DNA from: Candidatus Dormiibacterota bacterium
Lineage (GTDB): Bacteria > Chloroflexota > Dormibacteria > Aeolococcales > Aeolococcaceae
Direction: 5' to 3'
Assembly (NCBI GenBank): GCA_963709585.1
Contig: CAVPXI010000006.1
Span: forward strand, 256,001-320,000
DNA: 64,000 nt
The position numbers and the translations under genes were made by a program. Position 1 is the stretch's first letter. Every line of letters starts with the position of its first letter. The notes under the pieces are model-generated. The model saw only the letters and a list, made by a program, of their open reading frames with translations. It had not been told where the DNA came from and did no database searches. Below are positions 17,481 to 27,100 of this stretch, piece by piece.

Positions 17481-18896
17481 TCATGCTGCCGGAAGCTCGA
17501 TCCGGAAGGTCGCGCCGCCGCCGGGCGTGTCGGTGACGCTGATCCTTCCGCCATGCGCGGTCACGACCGCGGTGGCGATGCTCAGTCCCAGACCGCTGCC
17601 GCCCTGGTCGCGACTGCGCCCCGGGTCCGCGCGGTGAAACCGCTCGAAGATCCGCTCGCGTTGCGCCGCCGGAACGCCGGGCCCGTGGTCGATGACGTCG
17701 ATGTCGACGTGTCCGTTCTGCGCCTGCAGGGCTACCTCCACCGGGCTTCCCGCCGGCGTGTGCACGAGCGCGTTGCGTACGAGGTTGGCGACCGCCTGAC
17801 GCAGCCTCAGGTCATCGCCGGTCACCACGATGGGCGCGTCGATGTGGGCGATCACCGCTCGTTCCGGGTCGGCCGCGCGCGCGTCACTCACGGCGTCGTT
17901 GACCATCGAGGTGAGGTCGACCGGAGCCCGGTCCAGCGGGCGTCCCTGGTCGAGTCGCGCGAGCAGCAGCAGGTCGTCGACCAGCACGCCCATGCGCCGG
18001 GTCTCGTCCTCGATGCGCCGGACCGCGAGCAGCACGTCGTCGCGGGTCATGTCCGGGTTGCGTTGCAGCAGCTCCGCGTAGCCGCGCATCGATGTGAGTG
18101 GTGTCCGGAGCTCATGTGAGGCGTCCGAGACGAAGTGACGCAGTTTCTGCTCGGTCACATCGCGCTCGTCGAAGGCTCGCTCGATCTGGCCGAGCATGGC
18201 ATTGAGCGCGAGCCCGAGGCGTCCGACCTCGGTGCGCTCGTTCGACGGCGCGACGCGACGACCGAGGCCGCTCGCCGCTATCGAGCGAGCGGTTGCGCCC
18301 ATGCGCTCCAGCGGACGCATGCCGCGGCGCACCAGCAACCACGTTGCGACCAGCACGATGATCGTGATGCCACTACTGATTGCGATCTCAAAAATGAGCA
18401 GGGTGCTCAGGGTGGTGTTGACGCCATCGAGCGGAACCGCGACCACGACTGTGGACGTCGAGTCACCCGGAAACTGCGGTGGCTGCGAGCTGACCAACAC
18501 CCTGTACGACTCCCACGACCCCTCCCCAGGAACGGTGAGCGCCGACCCGGCGTCTTTGGCGATATCGGAAGGAAAAACCGGATTCGACGACGAGCTGGGA
18601 GCCACGGTTCCGCCGTAAAGGTAGCCGGCCTGTGTGGTCACGCCGGACGCGCTCACGAGTTCGCCGTATGTCCCCGCCGGAAAGGCATCCTGTTTTCCGA
18701 ACCCTCCATCCGGTGGTCCACCCTGTTTGCTCGAATCAAGAACGGTCTGCGCGCCGGGCTCGATAACCACGAGTTGTTTGTCAACGCCCTGGAGGAGTGA
18801 CGTCTGCAGTGCGGCGTAGGTGCCGACGTCGGCGGCGGCGAGGCCGAGGATGAAGAGCGGCGCCAGGGTCAGCAGCAGCCTGAGTCGCAGGGACAT
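17481..18896 (-). CDS. HAMP sensor histidine kinase (OmpR partner)
   Basis: DASHELRTPL, NLVRNA, DHGPG, GGSGLGLSI. Confidence 0.95.
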   Translation of the reverse strand: MSLRLRLLLTLAPLFILGLAAADVGTYAALQTSLLQGVDKQLVVIEPGAQTVLDSSKQGGPPDGGFGKQDAFPAGTYGELVSASGVTTQAGYLYGGTVAPSSSSNPVFPSDIAKDAGSALTVPGEGSWESYRVLVSSQPPQFPGDSTSTVVVAVPLDGVNTTLSTLLIFEIAISSGITIIVLVATWLLVRRGMRPLERMGATARSIAASGLGRRVAPSNERTEVGRLGLALNAMLGQIERAFDERDVTEQKLRHFVSDASHELRTPLTSMRGYAELLQRNPDMTRDDVLLAVRRIEDETRRMGVLVDDLLLLARLDQGRPLDRAPVDLTSMVNDAVSDARAADPERAVIAHIDAPIVVTGDDLRLRQAVANLVRNALVHTPAGSPVEVALQAQNGHVDIDVIDHGPGVPAAQRERIFERFHRADPGRSRDQGGSGLGLSIATAVVTAHGGRISVTDTPGGGATFRIELPAA

Positions 18897-18928
18897 CTAC
18901 GGCCCTGAGCACATGGTGGGCGCGCCGC

Positions 18929-19642
18929 TCACGCGTGCGCCGATGTCGTGCGCGGAACACGGATGACGTATCCCACTCCACGAACCGTGTGAATGAGCGG
19001 CGGGGTGACCGTGTCGACCTTGCGGCGTAGGTAGCTGATGTACGTCTCCAGCACGCTCGCGTCGCCGCCGAAATCGTAGTCCCAGACGTGATCGAGGATC
19101 TGCGAGCGCGAGAGCACGCGGCCGGTGTTCATCATCAGGTAGCGCAGCAGGCGGAACTCCGTGCGGGTCAACTCGATCGGCGCCCCGGCGCGGAAGACCT
19201 CGTGGGTCTCGTCGTCGAGCTCGAGGTCGTGGAGCACCAGCTTGCCGCTCGCGGCGGCGCCGTCAGGATTGTGACGCCGGAGCACGACCCGGATTCTCGC
19301 CACCAGCTCCTCGATGCTGAACGGCTTGGTCACGTAGTCGTCGCCGCCGATCGTCAGCCCGTGGACCTTTTCCTCGGTGGCGTCGCGGGCGGTCAGGAAG
19401 ATCACCGGGACCTTGACGCCGTCGCTGATCAGACGCTGCACGAGCGTGAAGCCGTCGTCGTCCGGCAACCCGACGTCGAGGATCATGAGGTCGGGGCGGA
19501 AGTCCATCACAGCGTGGCGGGCCTGCTTCGCGGTGCCCGCGGTCTGCACCGAGAAGCCCTCGTACTTGAGCGCCATCGCCACGAGATCGGTGATTGCCCG
19601 CTCATCGTCGACGACCAGGATTCGATTCGGCTCTGTGGTCAC
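18929..19642 (-). CDS. OmpR/PhoB-family response regulator
   Basis: GTG 19642; LVVDDE, LDVGLP, FLTARD, DDYVTKPF, YISYLRRK, TVRGVGY. Confidence 0.95.
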   Translation of the reverse strand: MTTEPNRILVVDDERAITDLVAMALKYEGFSVQTAGTAKQARHAVMDFRPDLMILDVGLPDDDGFTLVQRLISDGVKVPVIFLTARDATEEKVHGLTIGGDDYVTKPFSIEELVARIRVVLRRHNPDGAAASGKLVLHDLELDDETHEVFRAGAPIELTRTEFRLLRYLMMNTGRVLSRSQILDHVWDYDFGGDASVLETYISYLRRKVDTVTPPLIHTVRGVGYVIRVPRTTSAHA

Positions 19643-19692
19643 CGGGCCATCTTCGCGCGGAAGTCTGGGAAAAGGCTCAGAGGATGTTGGGG

Positions 19693-20532
19693 CTACGCCG
19701 GGCGTTGCACCGCATCGCGCGCCCGCCCGCGCTCCCCGTCGCCGAGCGGAAGCGAGAGGCAGCGCACCCCGCCGCCCGCCTTGAGAAACTCCCCCATGGC
19801 ATGGGGGATCGGCGTGTAACCCGCGGCCCGGAGCGGTGCCTCCAGCTGCGAGATGGTCAGCGACGAGAGCACGAGCCGGCCGAGCGGCATCGCGTTGCAG
19901 GCAAAGCCCGCGGCGACCTCGACGGGCACCTCGATGAGATTCGGCACCAGCTCGCGGATCAGTCGCATCGAGGCGGGGGCGAACGCGTCCGGAGCAGCCA
20001 GGACGTTGGTGGCATCGAGCGGACAGAAGCAGGTGTCCAGATGATAGAAACGCGGGTCGACAAGCTCCAGGGACACGACGTCGACCTCGAGGATGCGCGC
20101 CACCGGGTGGTGGGCTTCGCGATCGGTTCGAAACCCATAGCCGCAGAAGAGCCGGTCGCCGACGAACAATGCATCTCCAGCGCCTTCGAATGACAGCGAT
20201 CGTGGCAGTTCGTGGACATCGAAGCCCAGCCGCTCGAGCTCCCGGCGCCAGTGCACCTCCTCCCCCTGCCGCTCGGGGTGATGGAAGTTGCTCAGGACGG
20301 CGCGGTTGTCCCACAACACGGCCGCGTTGGCCGTGAAGACCATGTCGGGCAGACCCGCGACCGGTGCAGCCAGTTCGATCTCAACACCGAGGTCGACATA
20401 GGTGCGATAGAGCGCGTCCCATTGCGCCGTGGCCAGCTCGTGGTCGACCTTGACCGCGACGTGCATCCACGGGTTGATCTCGTATTCGATGCCGAAGTGG
20501 TCCGGTCGGCACATTAGGACCGTTGCGGTCAT
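19693..20532 (-). CDS. Amidinotransferase / dimethylarginine dimethylaminohydrolase family protein
   Basis: YEINPWM, LPDMVFTAN, FEGAGD, FYHLDTCF, EFLKAGGGVRC. Confidence 0.9.
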   Translation of the reverse strand: MTATVLMCRPDHFGIEYEINPWMHVAVKVDHELATAQWDALYRTYVDLGVEIELAAPVAGLPDMVFTANAAVLWDNRAVLSNFHHPERQGEEVHWRRELERLGFDVHELPRSLSFEGAGDALFVGDRLFCGYGFRTDREAHHPVARILEVDVVSLELVDPRFYHLDTCFCPLDATNVLAAPDAFAPASMRLIRELVPNLIEVPVEVAAGFACNAMPLGRLVLSSLTISQLEAPLRAAGYTPIPHAMGEFLKAGGGVRCLSLPLGDGERGRARDAVQRPA

Positions 20533-21641
20533 CGAGTCGCCTGGGGCAGCGCGGCTCCGTCGCCAAGCGGTAGCGGCATGAGGAGTGTCGGCGAGAATCG
20601 CGTCCCCGCGTGCAGCTCGATCGGGCCCGCCACCGCGGGTCGCTGCACGCACCAGCGAGGATCGACGTCGTCGCGAATCGCAAGCAGCTCCGGCCGAAGC
20701 AGCGACCCCGCGGAGCTGCGACCCTGATGCCGGACGGTCGCGGTGAGCGCGGGACGCAGCCAGGTCGCGGTGACCGGCTGCACGCCATCCAGGGGCGCGT
20801 CGCTGACGGTCAGGTCGGCAACGCGTTGCGCTAGCCAGCCGGCCACGAGTTGATCGTTCGGCCCGTCCACATGCCCCGCGAACGTCAGGCGGCCGGCGAC
20901 ATGCTCGCCGAGGATGAGCCGGGTGCCGCCACGCCGGCGCGCGACGATACCCGCGACGACGCAGGTGGCCTGATCCGTCAGCCCGATGCGCAGACGATCG
21001 GGCGAGGCGACCCCGGGGCGGTAGGGAGCGTTCGCGCGCCGGGCGAGCAACGCAGCGAGACCCCTTCCCATTGCGGCGGCCGCGAGCGCCTCGCCACGCC
21101 CACGCACATGGTCCGGTACCTGGAGAGCATCGCTCTGCCCGGCCAGGTCTCCGAGGGCATCGAGGCGGCGATCGAGGGGCCAGCCGAGCGTCGACCGTCC
21201 GTCGAGATGCAGGAGGTCAGAGCCCAGATACACGGCCGGCAGCTCGTGCGCCGCAGCGGGTCCGGCGGCGAGACGCCGCCCGAACCCCGCCAGGTCGGGA
21301 CGTCCCTCGGGGTCGAGGACCGTGATGACACCGTCAAGTACCGCGCCCCGGCCACCCCGCACCGCTGCGGGCGCGGCAACGTCGGGGAAACGCCGTGCGA
21401 GATCGCCGGGCATCTCACCCTGGATCCGGACGGCCCCGACCGGGTCGAGGAAGAGCAGCGCCCGGGCTCCATCCCAGTCGACGCTGAACAGCCAGTCGCG
21501 GTCGTCGAACGGCGCGGCGCAGGGAACCGACGCCTCGATCGCGATATACCTGGAGAGCTGGGGTGGGGTCGGGGATCGAAAGGGCAGAGGATCGCCGGAC
21601 GCTGCCAGGGCGGCACGAGACAGGCCTGCTCTCCCGGCCAC
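20529..21641 (-). CDS. ATP-dependent DNA ligase-like protein (LigD-LIG paralog) with degenerate catalytic motifs
   Basis: Ligase fold order is retained (PFDDRDWLFSVDWDG, LDGVI, SDLLHLDG, YRPG, OB fold WLRPAL, LRP..RDD) but the motif I Lys is absent. Confidence 0.75.
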   Translation of the reverse strand: MAGRAGLSRAALAASGDPLPFRSPTPPQLSRYIAIEASVPCAAPFDDRDWLFSVDWDGARALLFLDPVGAVRIQGEMPGDLARRFPDVAAPAAVRGGRGAVLDGVITVLDPEGRPDLAGFGRRLAAGPAAAHELPAVYLGSDLLHLDGRSTLGWPLDRRLDALGDLAGQSDALQVPDHVRGRGEALAAAAMGRGLAALLARRANAPYRPGVASPDRLRIGLTDQATCVVAGIVARRRGGTRLILGEHVAGRLTFAGHVDGPNDQLVAGWLAQRVADLTVSDAPLDGVQPVTATWLRPALTATVRHQGRSSAGSLLRPELLAIRDDVDPRWCVQRPAVAGPIELHAGTRFSPTLLMPLPLGDGAALPQATR

Positions 21642-21658
21642 GCCCGACCCGCGGAGCC

Positions 21659-22519
21659 TCAGGAGGCCCGGCGCCGGCGCGCCGGTTCCAGCGCGGAGGC
21701 GTCGTCGGCGGCGGATTCCTCTGCGTCGGCGCCCTCGGCTCGGCGCGATTTCGCCGCCTCGACCGACGCTTTGAGCGCGGCCATGAGGTCGGTGACCTTG
21801 CCGGGCTCGCGCACCTCGGGCCGCTCGAGCGGCTGGTTGGTCAGCTTGGAGTCCACGACCTGGATCAACGCCTCACGGTAGTCGTCGTGGTAGCGCGCCG
21901 GGTCGAAGTGGGCGCTCATGTTCTCCACCAGCATCACCGCCATGTCCAGCTCTTTCTTGGGGACCTCAGGACCTTGCTCGGGTATCGCCAGCTCGCCTGC
22001 CGAGCGGATCTCGTCCGGCCAGTGCAGGGTGTTGAGCAGCAGACCCTGGTCGTGGAGCGCCAGGCGGCACAGATGCTCGCGGTCGCGCAGGGCGATCTTC
22101 CCGATGGCGACGGTTCCGGTCTTCTCGAGCGCCTGGCGAAGCAGCGCGTACGGCTTGACTTCCACCGCCTCCGGTTCGAGGTAGTAGGCGCTCTTCAGAT
22201 AGACGCCCGCCTCGATCTCCAAGTCCGGGCAGAACTCGACGATGTCGATGGTGTGCGTCGTGGTCAGGGGCAGGTTGTCGAGGTCCGAGTCGGTCACGAT
22301 CACGTACTCGTCCTTGCCGACTTCGTAGCCCCGCAGCGCTTCGCTCCAGCCGATCTCGCGATCCTCCTCGGGGCACCAGCGTTTGTTGCGGACCGGAGTT
22401 TGGTCGTTCGGGCAGAGCAGCCGGAACGAAACGCTCTTCGATTCGGTCGCCAGGTACAGCCGCACGGGGATCGCCACCATGCCGAAGCTGATGGCGCCCC
22501 GCCACATGGATCGAGGCAT
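21659..22519 (-). CDS. ku: Non-homologous end-joining protein Ku
   Basis: MPRSMWRGAISFGMVAIPVRLY, YYLEP, YHDDYRE, VTDLMAALKAS. Confidence 0.97.
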   Translation of the reverse strand: MPRSMWRGAISFGMVAIPVRLYLATESKSVSFRLLCPNDQTPVRNKRWCPEEDREIGWSEALRGYEVGKDEYVIVTDSDLDNLPLTTTHTIDIVEFCPDLEIEAGVYLKSAYYLEPEAVEVKPYALLRQALEKTGTVAIGKIALRDREHLCRLALHDQGLLLNTLHWPDEIRSAGELAIPEQGPEVPKKELDMAVMLVENMSAHFDPARYHDDYREALIQVVDSKLTNQPLERPEVREPGKVTDLMAALKASVEAAKSRRAEGADAEESAADDASALEPARRRRAS

Positions 22520-22591
22520 CGCCGCTCGAGTATAGAGGCGCGGGATCGCAGTGCATGCGGCTCCTCGGGAGCCCGCCGGGCGCGCAGTCCG

Positions 22592-23113
22592 TCAGGCGGC
22601 GGCGAGCATCCGGTCGTACGCGGCTTTCAGTTCCGGGTAGCGCAGGAAGATGATGTGCGCGTACTCCTGCGTCAGCGGTACGGGTTTGCGCCGCAGCGAG
22701 AGCCCGACCTCCTCGGGCCGGTGGTTCGCCTTGCGCCAGTTGCACTTCCGGCACGCGATCACCACGTTCTCCCAGCGATCCGGCGCTCCGCCACGAGACA
22801 CCGGGACGACGTGGTCGACGGTGAGCTCGGCCGCGTTGCCGAGGCGACCGCAGTACTGACAGGTGTGATCGTCGCGGAGGAGGAGGTTGCGACGGTTGGG
22901 CCGGAGCAGCCGGCGCGGCACGTGGATGGTGCGCAACAGGCGGACGATGACGACTCCTTCCGGCAGCCTTCGCCCGGCGAGCGCCTCGGCTGCCGCTCGC
23001 TCTGCCGCCGCATCGACGAACGCCACCCGCTCCTTGGTGAGGAGCACAACCAGCCGCCGGTGACTGATCACGTTGAGGGGCTGCATCGAGGCGTTGAGCA
23101 GCAGCACTGCCAT
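22592..23113 (-). CDS. HNH endonuclease (McrA-like)
   Basis: LLLNAS..PL, RDDHTCQYCG, TVDHVVPVSRGG, WENVVIACRKCNWRK. Confidence 0.92.
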   Translation of the reverse strand: MAVLLLNASMQPLNVISHRRLVVLLTKERVAFVDAAAERAAAEALAGRRLPEGVVIVRLLRTIHVPRRLLRPNRRNLLLRDDHTCQYCGRLGNAAELTVDHVVPVSRGGAPDRWENVVIACRKCNWRKANHRPEEVGLSLRRKPVPLTQEYAHIIFLRYPELKAAYDRMLAAA

Positions 23114-23151
23114 TGCCGAATTCTATTGGGAAGCGGGGATCTTCGCGTTGA

Positions 23152-23780
23152 TCACGGGTAGGGGCCGGCTTGATGGGCCCGACCTTGATCGCACCTCCGC
23201 ACACCATGCTCGACTGGACGTCGGTCACGTCGGTCTGGAAGCGCGATGTCGGCAGCGTTACCCGCCAGAATCGGGGCCTCTCCGCCTGCGCCGCGGTACA
23301 TGTGGCATCGGTCCAGGAGACGAGGAAATAGCCGTGCCCGGTCGCGCCGACGGCGCCGAGGGGTTCGGTGCCGGGCGGAAGATGGACCGGCCCGGGGGAC
23401 GCCAGCGAGTTGTCGTTGGTCCAGCTGGTGTTCAGCAGACCGCCGCTCGACGAGAGCATCTGCAGCTTTGCGTAGCCGTTCTCGGTGCAGTCACTCGTCG
23501 ACGTGTTGCGAACCTCGAAGGTCGCGTAGATGGTGCCTGCCGCGCCCTGGGTGTTGAGGATGTCGATCTCGAACTGTCCGGGCATGCACGCAACTGGTGG
23601 GGTCGCGGTGGGATTCGGGGTCGAGGTCGGGGTCGAAGCGGGCGTCGGGGTCACAACCGGTGTCGGGGTCACCGGGATCGCAGTCGGCGAAGTGCTCGGC
23701 ACCGGCGGAGACGACGACCCGCAGGCGGCGAGCAGGCCTGCGGCCACGAGCAGCACAGGCGGAACCAGCACCCGTCGCAT
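23152..23780 (-). CDS. DUF4232-like lipoprotein; true stop probably near 23152 (frameshift)
   Basis: Lipobox LLAAC, PT-rich linker, C..GAAG...NTSTSDC..GY. The ORF runs on implausibly through HNH and Ku, but a TGA lies one base out of frame at ~23152. Confidence 0.7.
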
Positions 23781-23818
23781 CGCGACGCAGGGTACCTGCA
23801 AACCGCGCTCGACGCGCG

Positions 23819-26800
23819 TCAGGGACGGCTCGGAATGTCCTGGTCAGCCTGCAGCACCGGGGCGAAGAGATCGCCCGTCGCAGCCACGCGCGCGGCGATG
23901 GTCGCGATGTTCCAGCGATCGGGGCGCAGGTCGGGATCGTCGAGCTCCGTCCATTCGATGGGGGTCGATACCGGGGCACCCGGCGCGGGTCGGAGCGAGT
24001 AGGGGGCCGCCAGAGTCTTGTTGATGATGTTCTGGGTGTAGTCGATCCGGATCCGGCCTGTCCGCTTCGCCACCGCCCATTCCCAGCTCACGCGCCCCGG
24101 GGCAGCCTGGTCGATGGCTCTGCCGACCTCCTCCACCCAATGGCGCACGACCGCATAATCCGGGCCGCGACGAACCGGCACGTAGATCTGCAGCCCGGTC
24201 TGCCCGCTGGTCTTGATCACCCCATGCATGCCGTAGTGATCCAGGGCCGCCTTGACGAGCTTGGCAATGTTGACGACGTCCTGGAACGTCGCCGGTTCGA
24301 ACGGATCGAGGTCGAACACCGCCCAGTCGGGATCATTGGGCGCGTCGATCCGCGAATGCCACGGGTGCAGATCGATGACCCCCGCGTTGGCCACCCACGC
24401 CAGCGTCGCGACCTCGTTGACGACGATGTACGTCTTGGTCTTCTCGCCCTGATACGTCCAGGACTCGATCCACGTCGGGGCGTGGGCCGGTTTATCCTTG
24501 CGCCAAAAGGATTTTCCATCGATGCCGTCGGGAAACACCTGCATCGACAGGGGACGGTCGCGCAGGTACGGCAACATGTACGGCGCCATCCGGACGTAGT
24601 ACTCGATCATGTCGCGCTTGGTGATGCCATCGGCGGGCCACAGCACCTTATCGAGATTCGTGAGGGGAAGTCTGCGTCCCGCGATTTCCCAGTGCGCGTT
24701 GCCTTTGAGCGTTCTCAGCTGCGCCAGTGCTTGCAAGTCCTCCGGGTCCTGTCGCGGTGGGGGCCCCTCGCCACCTGCGGGTCGGGTCTCCTGGGGCTTG
24801 TCGTCTTTTCTGGTGGGTGACGCGTCCTCGGAGCCCGGCCCTCCGGTGGCGCTGCTCCCCACCGCGCCACCCGGAGGTCGGTGTGCCATAGCGGGCGTCT
24901 GGACTCCCTGTGCTCTGCGCTTCGTGCGGGGGGTGGCCGCAGCCCCCTCCCTTGGTGGCCGGGGCGCTTTGGCCGGCGCAGCGTGGGACGGACCGGTACT
25001 CGGTCTTGGACGTGCTGACTGTTGCGCCTGCGTGCCACCTTCCCTTGCTGATTTCTCGCTGGGCGTTGCATCGGCGATGGGCGGGGTGTTCCCGGCACGG
25101 ATGGCGGCGCGGGAAGGGGTCGGGCCGTCTGCGGGCTCGGTCTTGAGAAAGGCTTCTCGCATGCAGTCTTCGGGGCGTTGGTCGGGGCGGAGGGTGCGGA
25201 AGGCGGGGTGGCGGAGGATGCCGTCGCGCGTCCAGCCGGCGAAGCGGACTTCGCAGACGAGCTCTGGTCTGACCCAGGTCGCGGGTTCCGAGGTTTTCGG
25301 GGTGACGTCGAGTGGACACGTGTTCACCTCCAGGGGGCGGAGGCGGTCCCTGAGGTCGCGCAAGGCCTTCTCGTCGAAGCCGGTGCCGACCTGTCCGCAG
25401 TGGACGAGGCGGGTACCGTCGAGCACGGCGAGGATGAGCGCGCCGAGCTGGCTGGTCCGGCGTCCGCGGCCGGCCGTATAGCCGGCGATGACGCACGACT
25501 GGCTGAGCCAGGACTTGATCTTCACCCAGTCGGGCGTGCGCACTCCGGGGCGGTAGAGAGAATCGGCTCGCTTCCCGACGATGCCTTCGATGCCGGACTC
25601 GCGCGCGATCTCGAAGAGCGATGTGCCATCTCGCTCGACGTGCTCGGCAAAGAGGATGTACGGCGAGTCGACGACGGTTTCGCGAAGCGTCTTCTTGCGA
25701 ATGCGCAGCTCGGTGCTGAGCAGGTCGCGGCCCTCGAGCTCGAGCAGGTCGAATGCGATGAACGTCACCGGATGTTCGGCCGCGACCCTGCGCACATCCG
25801 CATCGCGCACCACGTTGATTCGCTGCTGCATGCGCTCGAACGACGGCCGGCCGTCGGCGTCGAGGACCACGAGCTCGCCGTCGACGATTGCCTGGCGGGC
25901 GCGGATGCCTGCCCGGATCGCCACGGCCTCCGGGTAGCGCCTGGTCTCGTCACCGCCACGCCTGCCGGTGAGTCGGACAAGGTCCCCGGCGACGCTGACC
26001 ATCGCGCGGATGCCGTCGTACTTCAGCTCGAACAGCAAGCCATCCCTCGAAAACGCGTGATCCATGGGCGTCGCGAGCATTGGTGGCGGCGCCTCGGCGA
26101 GGGCCGGGGAAGCGACCGTGGGAGCAGCCGCAGTGGCCGCCGCCGTCGTGGCGACGGCTGGGGCGTTTCGAGCACGAGCGGCGCGACGCGTCTCCCGGGG
26201 GTCGCCGCCGCCCTCATTGGCAATCTGCGCCAGGCTTCTGCCGGTTTTGACTGAAACGTCGAGGTCGATGGCTTCGAACCCCTCCACAACCGAGGCGTCG
26301 CGCTTCTTGATCATCAGCCAGTTCTTGTCACCATCGCTGCTGCCGCCGTATCGCCGGCCGCGCTCGCCGATGTGAACGAGCGCGAACTCGCCCGAGAGCT
26401 TGGTGCCCTGGAGGCGGAACTTGACGTCCCCTTTGAGCCGGGAACGGTCGTAATCCTCGGCGAACTCCTTCACCCACTCGAAGGTGCCGATGTCCCAGAG
26501 CATCACCGTCCCAGCGCCATATCCCGACGGGATGACGCCCTCGAACTCACCGTAATCGATCGGATGGTCCTCGGTCTGCACTGCCAGGCGCTTCTTGGCC
26601 GGATCCAGGCTCGGGCCCCTTGGAATCGCCCACGACAGCAGCACCCCGTCGTGCTCCAGCCGGAAGTCGAAATGCATGCGTGTGGCTCGATGTTTCTGAA
26701 CGCAGAACCGCTTCCCGTGGGGCAGCTGCTCCCACGCCGAGCGCTCCGCCTCGGCACGCGGAGTCGGGTCGCCGCTGGGCTCCGGGGTCTGATTGAAATC

Positions 26801-26839
26801 ACGCTTGCGGCGGTACTCTTCAAGGGTGGGTATTGGCAT
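23819..26839 (-). CDS. ligD: DNA ligase D (phosphoesterase-ligase-polymerase)
   Basis: YRRKRDF..TPEP, VQKHRATRMHFDFRLE, ELKYDG, EGIVGK, WVKIK, TNLDKVLWP, FDLDP, IDYTQN, APYSLR. Confidence 0.95.
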   Translation of the reverse strand: MPIPTLEEYRRKRDFNQTPEPSGDPTPRAEAERSAWEQLPHGKRFCVQKHRATRMHFDFRLEHDGVLLSWAIPRGPSLDPAKKRLAVQTEDHPIDYGEFEGVIPSGYGAGTVMLWDIGTFEWVKEFAEDYDRSRLKGDVKFRLQGTKLSGEFALVHIGERGRRYGGSSDGDKNWLMIKKRDASVVEGFEAIDLDVSVKTGRSLAQIANEGGGDPRETRRAARARNAPAVATTAAATAAAPTVASPALAEAPPPMLATPMDHAFSRDGLLFELKYDGIRAMVSVAGDLVRLTGRRGGDETRRYPEAVAIRAGIRARQAIVDGELVVLDADGRPSFERMQQRINVVRDADVRRVAAEHPVTFIAFDLLELEGRDLLSTELRIRKKTLRETVVDSPYILFAEHVERDGTSLFEIARESGIEGIVGKRADSLYRPGVRTPDWVKIKSWLSQSCVIAGYTAGRGRRTSQLGALILAVLDGTRLVHCGQVGTGFDEKALRDLRDRLRPLEVNTCPLDVTPKTSEPATWVRPELVCEVRFAGWTRDGILRHPAFRTLRPDQRPEDCMREAFLKTEPADGPTPSRAAIRAGNTPPIADATPSEKSAREGGTQAQQSARPRPSTGPSHAAPAKAPRPPREGAAATPRTKRRAQGVQTPAMAHRPPGGAVGSSATGGPGSEDASPTRKDDKPQETRPAGGEGPPPRQDPEDLQALAQLRTLKGNAHWEIAGRRLPLTNLDKVLWPADGITKRDMIEYYVRMAPYMLPYLRDRPLSMQVFPDGIDGKSFWRKDKPAHAPTWIESWTYQGEKTKTYIVVNEVATLAWVANAGVIDLHPWHSRIDAPNDPDWAVFDLDPFEPATFQDVVNIAKLVKAALDHYGMHGVIKTSGQTGLQIYVPVRRGPDYAVVRHWVEEVGRAIDQAAPGRVSWEWAVAKRTGRIRIDYTQNIINKTLAAPYSLRPAPGAPVSTPIEWTELDDPDLRPDRWNIATIAARVAATGDLFAPVLQADQDIPSRP

Positions 26840-26950
26840 GATTAACGACCCTCTCGACGAGGACAGCGGGGGGCGGAACGGACAGCGTCCTTCACGCTCC
26901 TGATGCTAGTGCAGCGCACTGCGCGAAACGAGCGAAATGACGCGCCGGGC

Positions 26951-26959
26951 TGGTAGAAT
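26951..26959 (+). promoter_or_regulatory. Extended -10 promoter of the gyrB operon
   Basis: TGGTAGAAT about 140 nt upstream of the gyrB GTG. Confidence 0.55.
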
Positions 26960-27100
26960 AGACGTACGTGGAACGGCCGATTTGAGCGGTCCCCGCTGGA
27001 ACAGTCGAGCGGTTTCATCATTGGCCCCCTCTCTCACACTCACGTCACAACCGGAGCAGCACAGATAACCGACACCGCACGCCCCGAACGCCCCGATGAG

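Noticed and set aside
22592-23113. IscB/Cas9-like RNA-guided nuclease or mobile HNH
   Set aside because: Only 173 aa, no RuvC motifs, and no adjacent ncRNA-sized gap or element ends.
23600-23700. Short tandem repeats here, at 49860-49930 and at 13450-13620
   Set aside because: They encode Pro-Thr or Ser-Thr linkers of exported proteins and are not CRISPR or DNA-level repeats.
21966-23801. 611-aa lipoprotein overlapping HNH and Ku
   Set aside because: Sequence after ~23155 is out-of-frame read-through. A near-frame TGA and the HNH promoter lie there.
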